DNA from: Plasmodiophora brassicae
Taxonomy: Eukaryota
Reading direction: 5' to 3'
DNA length: 64,000 bases
Assembly (NCBI GenBank): GCA_036867785.1
Contig: CP145416.1
Location: 62,001-126,000 of the forward strand
In this document: one piece after another, positions 1 through 9,452 of the stretch
How the letters are laid out: each line of letters begins with the position of its first letter
Position numbering within the stretch: the stretch's first letter is position 1
Program-made: the position numbers and the translations under genes
The notes under the pieces: model-generated
Database searches by the model: none
What the model saw: the letters and a program-made list of their open reading frames with translations, nothing else
Told to the model about the DNA's origin: nothing

Positions 1-81
1 ACCAATCGTCGACGTACACACACACACACAGTTTTGAAGGGCGATTTTCATTGCGATACACAAGGAACGGCATGATGGGGA

Positions 82-693
82 TCAGAACTGGGCGACAAGG
101 AGGATGGCGGCGAGGGCGACGGCAGGAACGGTGACGGTGGCGGCTCCGGAATGGGCGTCGTGCTTGGCGGTGGTGGTGGTGGCGGACCCCTTGGCGCCGG
201 CGGATGATCTCCCGGTCAACGCGTTGATGGCGAGGCCGGCGGTGACACCGGCGGCGACGGCGCCCGCGACGGCCTTGCCGTACTTGGCAACGACGCCGTT
301 CGGCGCCGTCTCGACAGGTGCGACCGGTGCTGGGACGGGAGACGGCGGCGGCGGCGGCGTCTTGCTCATGCGACGGGCGACGGCTTTGGCAGTTTTCCAG
401 AGCGGGACACCGGCAGCGAGGGCTGCAGCGACGCCGGCGACGTCGACCCCGGTTGCGATGGTTTCATTCTGGACGTTCTTCATCCATTCCCCGCAGTACT
501 TGTTCGTGCGCAAGCAGTACGCGACTTTGTCCACGATGGCGCCCCGCACCGCTTTGACATTGTCCAACAGATTCGGCTTCGTATTGTTGTTCACCGGATC
601 GGGTATACTATCAGCAGGGCCAGGCTTTGTCGACGCTGCCAGCTGAAAGGCACACGTTGCCAGCAGGACGACGGTGAGGAACGCGACTCTCAT
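82..693 (-). CDS. Secreted, probably GPI-anchored Ala/Pro/Thr-rich surface protein
   Basis: ATG at 693 gives MRVAFLTVVLLATCAFQLAAS (signal-peptide-like). The C-terminus SGAATVTVPAVALAAILLVAQF looks like a GPI signal. The upstream part of the 321-aa ORF runs through a promoter repeat and is probably not coding. Confidence 0.65.
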   Translation of the reverse strand: MRVAFLTVVLLATCAFQLAASTKPGPADSIPDPVNNNTKPNLLDNVKAVRGAIVDKVAYCLRTNKYCGEWMKNVQNETIATGVDVAGVAAALAAGVPLWKTAKAVARRMSKTPPPPPSPVPAPVAPVETAPNGVVAKYGKAVAGAVAAGVTAGLAINALTGRSSAGAKGSATTTTAKHDAHSGAATVTVPAVALAAILLVAQF

Positions 694-794
694 CGTAGCG
701 GACCAGACGGAACGCAAATGACGGCAAACTCCCAGCTCAGTCCGTCCGGGCAGGGCAGACCCGAAGTCCGCACGCGCGCGCCTATGTATAGAGC

Positions 795-915
795 TGGCCG
801 AGCGCGATCTATATATAGGTTTGCCTGGGCCCTGTGCGAACATGGGTGGCCAGCTACCCGAAGTGGCCGAGCCCGTTCTATATATAGGTTTGCCTGGGCC
901 CTGTGCGAACATGGG
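795..915. repeat. Direct duplication (about 52-nt core, about 69-nt period) containing a TATA-like element upstream of the secreted-protein gene
   Basis: TGGCCGAGCnCGnTCTATATATAGGTTTGCCTGGGCCCTGTGCGAACATGGG occurs at about 795-846 and 864-915. Confidence 0.85.
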
Positions 916-1175
916 CGGCTCGTGTGTTCGGATCGCCCTTGTCGAGATCTTCAGGCAACGCATGACGACACAGGGAATCAACGGGACCGGCGACCGCCAA
1001 CGGCAGCCCATGCCTAGCGCAAGTGTGGTGGCCTGCGCGCGATGCACCCGACCTGCCAGCGCCGCGTTTCTGGGCGTGCATTCCCATCTGGAAGTTGGCC
1101 CGTCAGAGCCGTACGTTTATTTTACCGCTGAACAGCCGTTGCTGGCCGCTATTTGGGGGGTGGGGGTGCGCCCGA

Positions 1176-1205
1176 ACTAACGATCCACGTACTAACGATC
1201 CACGT
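1176..1205. repeat. Perfect 15-nt tandem duplication with CACGT core
   Basis: ACTAACGATCCACGT x2 (1176-1190, 1191-1205), about 100 nt upstream of the next gene. Confidence 0.85.
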
Positions 1206-1306
1206 GACCCGGGTCAACTAAATTGCGACGTTCCCAAGACCGCGCGTGTTGAACCGTCTGACCCCCATTAGTGCAAATCGCTACGACGTTGACGCAACGA
1301 AACCTG

Positions 1307-2656
1307 ATGAACACGACGTGCGTAGTCGACCGCGTCGCAGACAATACCATGGAGAAACGGTCGATTCGTAGATACATTCACATCGCAAAGCGCCGTATTA
1401 ACGGATCCTTGCGGTGGACGGGGAAACGGCTGCGATTCAATGAGGCGAAAGCGGCGGATCTCGTTACGTCGTATTACTTGACGGATCGTCTGCTGTTCGC
1501 GTACCGCCTTGCCATACTGCTATATATCACGTGGGCGACCGGCATGCAGATGTACCACTTCTTCACCTCCAGCGAGAAGCAGGGCTGGAGCCTGATGTCC
1601 CCATTGGACTACTGTATGTCATGATCTCAGCTGCGTTGGTACCGTCGGCCTAATTGATCTGACCCGCGCCGTTTGCTCTGTTACAGATATGTATCGTAAG
1701 TCGTCTGCACTTCACCCACCGTTTCCCCATATCAGCGTTCAAACGGTTTCGTATCTGTGTAGTAACTCACTGGTGCTTCTCGTTCGTCTGGCTGTACTAC
1801 CTGGTGGGTCGACAACACTGTTTCTACGATACCAGCATCGGGAACTGACGATGGCGAATCTAGTTGTCAACGCTGGCTTCCGGGTACCGGGTGGCCAGCA
1901 ACCTGGCGCGCAACGTCGATTCCGATTGGGCCGATTCGGCCACGGTCATGCAATCCGCTCACGCCTCGCTCACGTACAGCGCATTCATTGTGTCGCTATT
2001 GCTGAGCCAGCTTGTAAGCCTGCCGCTCTTCGACACCGCAATGTATGCCCGCGCGTCTTCTAACGTTATCGTTACTAGGTGACAATTGCATTCTGGGCTG
2101 GCGTGCTAATGAAGTTCATCAAGAATCAGCCACATGATTTCGGCGGGGATCACGGCTTCTTCATCTGCGTCAACGTGCATGGCCTGCAATCGGTCGTTAT
2201 GCTGATCGACTTCTTCCTGCTGGACAAGGTCCGGCTGCAATGGGTGCACGGCGTCCTCGTCTATGGCCTGATCGCCCTCTATCTTCCGGGTAAACCCCCA
2301 TGTGCGTCTTCAGCGCCAATGTGCCGTCACTGAATGTCGTCATAGTCAATTACTTCTACACTGTTGTTCGCAAGCAACGCGTTTACGAAGACGTGTTCTG
2401 TATGCACACTCGCCCGATGTACTGCTGCAGCATTTGCTGAAGTTGTTCTCCGCACGTAGGGATGGAGGTGGACAAGACATTGGGCTTGTTCGGTGGCGTC
2501 CTGCTCACGCTCACGTTTGTCTATGTGATGTTTGTGGCGATCAGCAAAACCCGCGAGAGTTGCAACGTCGAGACCACCGTCGACGTCAAGTCGTTTGAAG
2601 ACAACGATGATGAGCCGCTTTCCTACAATCCTGAGAAGCAGGTCGACGCTGCTTGA
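1307..2656 (+). CDS. FAR-17a/AIG1 / rolling-stone-like multi-pass membrane protein, paralog 1 (7 exons including a 9-nt microexon)
   Basis: Spliced translation gives ...LLFAYRLAILLY...SPLDY-YMYLTHWCFSFVWLYYL...CVNVHGLQSVVMLIDFFLL...; motifs YLTxW and HG resemble the family. GT-AG introns at 1614-1686, 1696-1762 and others. Close paralogs at 20916-22349 and 22623-23925. Confidence 0.7.
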
Positions 2657-3241
2657 AGGTCGAACGCTCGTTCTCTGTCTAGATGGCCCTCCGTCGTCTT
2701 TGTCATATGCAAGCTGTCTCAATGAATCACGGCCTGTACTATTACGACACGTGTGCCTCGACGTATCGCTGTCTGATGCTTGAAACAGCAGTAATGGCGC
2801 CCCGGAACGCGTTTTATCGGTCTGGCAACCCGGTTGGATGTCATTGGACGTATCCTGCAAGTACTATTGCCACCGTCAACGATACAGGAATTCCAGATCC
2901 CGCGTGGCATGTGACAAACACAAACCGAGCAGCAACAAATCACGCGCCTATCTCAGGCTCTCTACGAGCGAGGCCAAGCCATCACCGGACGCGACCAAGG
3001 CCTAGCGGGGCGCGATCAGACTCGAGAAACGGCTGGACCAGCCCTGATCCCATACCCGAACCGGTGCGTCACTGCATGGCGGTAACGCGTGCGCGTAGGA
3101 AGATGAAACCCAGGCAGCGCCGGCGCGCGCTTCTGGCCCCACATGCGGAACTGCGCGGGCCACGGACTGCGCTACGGAGTCCGTGACGACCTGGCGCCCG
3201 GTAATAGGTAGACACCTTCTGCAACGGGATAACCGGTTGCC

Positions 3242-4255
3242 ATGCCGGACCTGAACCAGGTCATTGCCGCCATCCCGGCGATCGCGTGCGGCCAGGTCCT
3301 CAGCCTGATCCTGTCCGGAACGAACATATTCTATTCGCTGGCCAACGATCACGGCATATACCCGGCGATCTTCCCGAATGAGATCGTCTATCACATCATC
3401 CTCGTGTTGTCGCTCTGCCGGCCCCGGACACTGTATCGATCCTGGAAGAACCGGGCCCCGATACCCGCCTACGTTGCGCTTGGCATTGTCGACCTGGGCG
3501 CTAATATCGCCGTACTGATGTCGTTCGAGTACACGTCCGCGATTTCGGTCATGATCATCACATCGACGTCCGCGATCTTCGCCATGGCCATGTCCATGGT
3601 GGCGTTCAGGCGAAGGTACACTCGGGTGCACATGCTCGGCACCGCCATCGTCGTAGTTGGCCTCGTCCTGATCAACTACCACAAGTACCTTGTGCAAGAT
3701 CCCGACGATAAATCATTCTACTGGCTGGGCACGTTTCTCGCGTTTGTCGGCGCCATCGGGTACGCCCTGTCGAACGTGATCAACGAATACGTGTGCAGAT
3801 GGGAACCCGGGTACCCGATCGCATCGCTGGCTGCCATGGGCTTCTTCGCATCGATCGCCTCGTCCATCGCCTGCCATGCCACCGCGTTCGGCAGGAACGA
3901 CCGCGATACGATCATGCACGCGCCACTGCCGGCTCAGCGCCTCTTGCTGGGTTTCGTCACGTGCATGGTGGCGTTGTACATCCTGCTGCCGCTGTACGTC
4001 CAGAAGTTCTCTGCCGTCATGCTGAACTTCAACCTGCTGACCGCCGACCTCGTCATTCTCCTGTTCAACCACGCGTTCAGGAGCGCCGTGCTGACCGTGC
4101 CCTATCTGCTCGGGTTCTTCTGCGTGTTCGCCGGCATGGTCGTCTTTAACCTCGTGCAACCCGTCGATGCGCCGCAGCGCGCTTCGCTTGCGCTCGAGCG
4201 TTCCGATTCCGTCCGTCTGACTGAGAAGCCGCTCAACATTGACGCCTGTAAATAA
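3242..4255 (+). CDS. SLC35F1/F2-like drug/metabolite (DMT) transporter
   Basis: 337-aa hydrophobic ORF; GQVLSL..SGT, DLGAN...FEYTS, GAIGYALSNVINE and SAVMLNFNLLTAD match SLC35F patterns. Confidence 0.8.
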   Translation: MPDLNQVIAAIPAIACGQVLSLILSGTNIFYSLANDHGIYPAIFPNEIVYHIILVLSLCRPRTLYRSWKNRAPIPAYVALGIVDLGANIAVLMSFEYTSAISVMIITSTSAIFAMAMSMVAFRRRYTRVHMLGTAIVVVGLVLINYHKYLVQDPDDKSFYWLGTFLAFVGAIGYALSNVINEYVCRWEPGYPIASLAAMGFFASIASSIACHATAFGRNDRDTIMHAPLPAQRLLLGFVTCMVALYILLPLYVQKFSAVMLNFNLLTADLVILLFNHAFRSAVLTVPYLLGFFCVFAGMVVFNLVQPVDAPQRASLALERSDSVRLTEKPLNIDACK

Positions 4256-4285
4256 TCGTGTATTGACTGATTGGGGTGCTGCTCT

Positions 4286-5694
4286 TCATCGTCCTGGTCC
4301 ACGGGCGGCAATTGCGTACGTTTCCAGAACGTTGTCGTCATCGTCGACGACGAGGAACTCGTCGTACAGATTAACGGTGGGGTCGCAGTGCCCTGGGACC
4401 AGGCGTAGGACGGATCCAATCTCGATCGCGTCTCGCAGCTGGCCCTCTGGTCCGTAAATGATGCCGTGCTCATCGCCACCCGACCTATAGGATAGGTCGG
4501 CAGCGTCAGGCGAATCGATCGTTGGTGGGCCGCTGTCCAGGCTAACGGCCTTTGTGCCCGCGTCAACAACCGCCCAGCGCCGGTCGGCGTCGACCGAGAT
4601 GACAGTGGTCATCACGAACAGACTATCGGGAAGGCGCCGTTCAACAGGACTGTGTGTGACACAACTCGGCACCAATGCAGCCCCGACCTGTTGACGAATC
4701 GCCGATCCAGGGTTCCGTTCGCGTCCATGTTCTTCGCGTAGTCGACGTCCAGGAATAGGTATGACCCCGGTTGGACCTGTAGACGTGAGCGACGAACGTG
4801 AGCGCGAACTGACGAGTCGAGAGCCGTACCTCGGTGAACACGCCACTGCCGGCTTCGAACTCCTGCAACAAACGGTCAGGGGGCGGGCCGAACATCGAAC
4901 GCGGCACACGTACGAACGTTCCCGTGCCGCCGCCTGTCACCAGTTGACACTGGATGCCAGCAGCTTCGATGGCGGATCGCACGGCACGGGCGATCTCGAC
5001 AACACGCATGACGGCATCACCGCGTTCTCTGTAGGATCGGATGTGCTGGTTCAGGCCCTGTGGCAACAGGTGTCAGCTATTCGCCAGTTCGCGCTCCCGC
5101 CCGTCGTTACCTGATAGCATTGGATGCCATCGAAGCGCAGGCCGCGATCGCGAACGTATCGGACCAGGTCGACGGCGTCCTGTGGGCGTACGCCACATCG
5201 ACGCTGGCCGACCTCGATCTCGGCCACGACGCCAATGGCGACGTCGTGCGCCTGGCAGGCCTCTGCCAGCGTGTCGACATGGGTGCGGCTGTCCACACAG
5301 CATCGGAACACGATGTCGCGATGGTCGGCGGCGAGCCGCGCGAACCGCATCGCCTTGTTGCGATGTGCGATCTCGTTGGCCAACAGGATATCGCCAACGC
5401 CGGCGTCGGCGGCGACGACCGCTTCCGTCACCTTGGCGGCGCACACGCCGACGGCCCCATCCGCGACCTGCATCCGGCAGAGCTCCACTGGCACGCATGA
5501 GGACGACGCAGGAAGTCGGATCCGCCCTACCTACCCGCCTTGTGCGCCTTGACATGCGGCCGAAGGCCGACGCCCGCGTACTTTGCCATTATCGACGCCA
5601 TCGCACGCCGGTTCGCGGTCAGCGCCGACTGGCGCACCAAGAGCGCCGGCGTATCGATCGCCGATGCCGTCGACATGGCGCGCGCCAGACGCAT
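4286..5694 (-). CDS. DSD1 / D-threonine aldolase-family PLP enzyme (alanine racemase fold), multi-exon
   Basis: IDTPALLV, LRPHVKAHK (PLP lysine), EIEVGQRRCGV, GGGTGTF, QPGSYLFLD, DAGTKAVSLDSG and PGHCDPTVNLYD across exons. Start at 5694 or 5676. Confidence 0.85.
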
Positions 5695-5763
5695 CCGCAC
5701 GTTCCCCCGCCGCCGTTGTCGGAATGCGCAGCTGCCCTTCGGCGTCCCCTGCAAAACACGCCG

Positions 5764-5791
5764 CCCCCCCCCCCCCCCCCCCCCCCCCCCC
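5764..5791. repeat. Poly-C/poly-G homopolymer (about 28 nt) in a divergent promoter
   Basis: Uninterrupted C run between the DSD1-like and PH-kinase starts. Confidence 0.9.
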
Positions 5792-6109
5792 GCTGGTGCT
5801 GCTGCGTGTCACGCGCAGACGTGCCCTGCAGCTCCACCGTCTGGTGCACTGCAGCACCGTGTAACGGTCGTTGCGGCGCCGTGTAACGCCCACCGGCTGC
5901 ATGTAACACGTTCCGTGTAACGCCGCGGGACAGGCGAACTGCCTACCTACACACCGGTGGGGACTGCACGCAGCGTTGCGGCCCGGCAGTCGCGGGTGCG
6001 GCACCTGATGGATTGCGTCCCCTGCACGGCACGGGGGCGCGTGCCCCAAATCTTCATAGGGGTGCGGGGGGCGCGATCGATATCGTCGGTCGTCGTCGTC
6101 GTCGACCGC

Positions 6110-7886
6110 ATGCCGGGGAACGGCCCCGCCAAGGTCCAGTCAGGGGGCGTCCAGCGCCGTCGTTGCTTGGCCTGATGCGCGTGCGTGCCAGGTCGTGATT
6201 CGCGGGTACCTTCGCAAGAAGAGCCCGAAGGGCCTCGTCGGCCTGACGCTCTGGCAGCGACGCTACTTCATACTGTACGATAACGTATTGACGTACAGTA
6301 AGGAGAACGGCGAGGATGCCAAGAACCAAGGTCTGGTTCGCGCGGCGGAACGTCGTCGTTTCGTTCGACTCAGCAGCAGCCGCAGGTGCCATCCCCATAC
6401 ATGAGATGGTGGCCGTGAAACGCGTTCCCAAGGATCCCTGCCGGTTCGACATTATCATCGCCTCGCGCGTCTTCAGCCTGTTGGCGTCGACGCCGGCAGA
6501 CGTCGACGAATGGGTCGACGCGGTCGCCGCGCAGATCAAGCTGGTCAAAGGGCGCGCGCGCCGGTCGCACTCGAACTCGGACCCGGATCGCCTGCCGACC
6601 GGCAAGTTCTGGAAGGACACGAAAGGCGTCCTCGACGACCTGAACTCGCCGTCGGCGCCCAGCGCGTCCACGGCCAGCAACGCGTTCACCCGGATCGACC
6701 TGTCGCAGTTGCAGAGCCTGTCGAACGGGCCGTCGATGATGAACATGCGGGTTGCCAGTGTCACCGTCCCCCCAATGCCGAGCACCGACGACCTGCCGGC
6801 GTCGCCCGCTGCCAACAACAGCAGCAGCAAGGGGTCGCTGGGCGCCCTGGCCGCCCACCACGAACCCACGTCCAGCCTGGCCGAGATGCGCTTCCAGATC
6901 GCCGACATGACCGTGAAGAAGATCCTCGGCCAGGGGCAGTTCGGCACGCTGTGCGTCGTCGAGAACGCGCCGACCGGCAACCTCTACATGATGCAGCGCG
7001 TCAAGGCCGATCTCGCGACCGCAACCGTAAGCAGGGGATGGGTCGATCGACAACCCTGGGGACCCAAACACTCAAGCGCGCGCTCTGTGTGTGTGTGTGT
7101 TCAGATGGCGGTCGACGCGATGCGCCGGATGGCGGCGTTCAACAACCCGTACATCATGCAGTGCCTGGATTTCGAGGTGACGCCCGACGAGTCGTGGGCC
7201 GTGTACGAGTTCGTGCAGGGCGGGACGCTGTTCCAGCACCTGCGCGCGCAGCGCCGCCTGCCGGAGGACGTCGTCCGGTTCCTGGCCGCCGAGGTCGTCT
7301 GCGCGGTTCGGTACCTGCACCGCAAGGGGAACCTGTTCCGGAACATGGACCCGGAGCACATCGGCATCGACATCACCGGCCACGTCGTGCTGACCGACTT
7401 CCGGGTTGCCATGGACACGTCGGCGAACGTCACGCCGTGCCGGAACCCGGAGTACCGGTCGCCCGAGTTCGTCACCGTCGGCATCGACACGGCCGACTCG
7501 GACTGGTGGCGCCTGGGCATCCTCATCTACGAGCTGCTGGTCGGGTTCCCGCCGTTCCGCGACCAGAACGCGGACGCGCTGAACGAGAAGATCCTGTCCT
7601 GCAGCGTGCGGTACCCGCCGTTCATGTCGCCGGACGCCACCGCCCTGCTCGGCGCCCTGCTGCAGGTGGACACGACCAAACGTAAGCGCCGTCCCGTATA
7701 TGCCCGCCGCCTGCCCTAATACGTCGGACCGCAGGGTTGGGCTCCGGGCCGAACGGGTTCCGGGCCGTCCACGCGCACGCGTTCTTCAAGGACGTCGACT
7801 GGCGCCTGGTCGACGTGCGCAACCAGGACGTCCCCGAGGCGATGGTCGAACAGGCGACCGCGTTAAGTAGGCAGCACCAGCAATAG
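6110..7886 (+). CDS. PH domain + AGC/Akt-like pseudokinase (paralog lacking PTEN)
   Basis: Spliced MPGNGPAK|VVIRGYLRKKSPKG...WQRRYF (PH). Kinase fold: GQGQFG, YMMQRV (beta3 Lys absent), FRNMDPEHI (catalytic Asp absent), DFR, DWWRLGILIYELLVGFPPF, HAFFKDVDW. Stop TAG at 7884-7886. Confidence 0.8.
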
Positions 7887-7934
7887 AGACGCGGGGGGGC
7901 CCGCGTTCGCCCAAATATGCTATACTGATGGTCC

Positions 7935-9098
7935 TCAGCCTTCCAGCTGGCTGGCGGCGGGCTTGGCGGCCGGGCTCGTGTAGAACCACGCCTTGCCGAT
8001 CGGGATGACGCGGACGCAGTGCCCGGCGACGCGCCAGGTCGCGCGCCAGACCGGCGTCGGGTCGTACTTGTACAGGTGCGGCCACTTCCGGACGAACGCG
8101 TTCGTCGCCGCCTTCGCCGAGTAGTGCGGGATCCGGTAGTCGATGTGGTGGACGACGTGCGTCGACCCGATGTGGTGGTGCAGGAAGTCGATCAGCGCCG
8201 GGTACGGCCGGTCGACCGTGCACAGGGCGCCCTTCATCCACGTCCAGTGCTCGTCGCTGAAGTGCGGCACGTCCACGTCGGTGTGGTGCATCCAGGTGTA
8301 CAGGACCAGCCAGGCGTTGACGACCAGGTACGGGCCGCCGTACACGCCCAGCGCCCAGGCGGCGCTTGTCGAGAACAGCGCGATCATCGCCAGCGCCGAC
8401 ACGACGCCGACGTCGGACAGCAGGACCTTGACCTTCCAGGAGCGCCCGGGGAACACCTTGTCGTTCGTCGGCACGAAGTGGTTCGACTTGCCGCGCGCCG
8501 GCGACCCGGTCGCGCCGAACAGCAGGTACATGGGCCACCCGATCAGCAGGTGCGTCACGAGGTTGAACACGGCGAACGCGTCGTGCCCGATCCAGTTGTA
8601 CAGGCGCTCGTAGGCGAACCCGGTGCGGCGGTACGGCGGCACGTGCGTCTCGCCCAGCGTCATGTGGTTCGTGCGGCTGTGGTGCAGGGCGTGGCTGCGT
8701 TTCCAGCTGAAGTACGGGACCAGGAGCGCCGAGTGCAGGACGAAGCCGACCGTGTCGCACAGCCACTCCTGGTTCGAGAACGCGCCGTGCCCGCACTCGT
8801 GGGCGACGACCCAAACGCCGGTCGCGATCGTCCCGTTCACGACGGCGTACGCCAGCCAGGCCAGGATCGACAGCGGCGAGAAGGACGGCGCCGGCAGGAC
8901 GTAGCAGGCCAGGACGGCGCACCCGACGGTCAGCGACACGGACCCGATCGCGTAGACGAACGAACGCATCGCGGAGCGCCAGAAGCACTCCGGCGGCATC
9001 GCCCGGCGCACGTCGGACAGCGTCGGCAGGTCGTCGGGCAGCGCCGCGAACGGGCGCCGGTACCCGGCCAGCGTCCCCGACAAGGGCGGCACCGTCAT
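7935..9098 (-). CDS. FAD2: Delta-12/omega-6 fatty acid desaturase, intronless
   Basis: His boxes HECGH, HALHH and HVVHH; WVVAHECGH, LLVPYFSWK and GALCTVDR. Start may be 9098 or 9164. Confidence 0.9.
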   Translation of the reverse strand: MTVPPLSGTLAGYRRPFAALPDDLPTLSDVRRAMPPECFWRSAMRSFVYAIGSVSLTVGCAVLACYVLPAPSFSPLSILAWLAYAVVNGTIATGVWVVAHECGHGAFSNQEWLCDTVGFVLHSALLVPYFSWKRSHALHHSRTNHMTLGETHVPPYRRTGFAYERLYNWIGHDAFAVFNLVTHLLIGWPMYLLFGATGSPARGKSNHFVPTNDKVFPGRSWKVKVLLSDVGVVSALAMIALFSTSAAWALGVYGGPYLVVNAWLVLYTWMHHTDVDVPHFSDEHWTWMKGALCTVDRPYPALIDFLHHHIGSTHVVHHIDYRIPHYSAKAATNAFVRKWPHLYKYDPTPVWRATWRVAGHCVRVIPIGKAWFYTSPAAKPAASQLEG

Positions 9099-9452
9099 AT
9101 CGCGGGCGACCGACGCTTTCGATGTATGGCGACCTCCGCAGCGCATGTCCGTGGGGGCCCCCACCGCGTCGTCGCCGTCGCCGAAGCCCCCACAGCAGAC
9201 GCGGCGACGCAGTCACGCGGTGCGCAGTACGTGCGACTGCGCATCCGCTATATCCGGCGGTCGAGGGCGCAAGCGGCGTTTTGCGCAGCGCCGCCCGTCC
9301 GCTCTGCCCCGCCCCCCGTACCCGCTGGGTCGGCGCACAGGCCACAGCGAACGCCAGATGGGGCGTACGGTGAGATTTCCGGGATCGATTGGGACGTCCA
9401 CTAAATATCTGTCGGGAGACAGGCGCGCCGGACGGCCTGCGACGACGACGCG

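Noticed and set aside
694-1047. N-terminal extension of the 321-aa ORF with repeated PPMFAQGPGKPIYR
   Set aside because: It is a translation of the promoter duplication; the signal peptide starts at ATG 693
4286-5694. Recent bacterial horizontal transfer of the DSD1-like gene
   Set aside because: It has several spliceosomal introns and the family is known in eukaryotes; there is no evidence without a phylogeny
6110-7886. Calling this gene an active Akt/PKB
   Set aside because: The beta3 Lys, catalytic Asp and DFG Gly are all substituted
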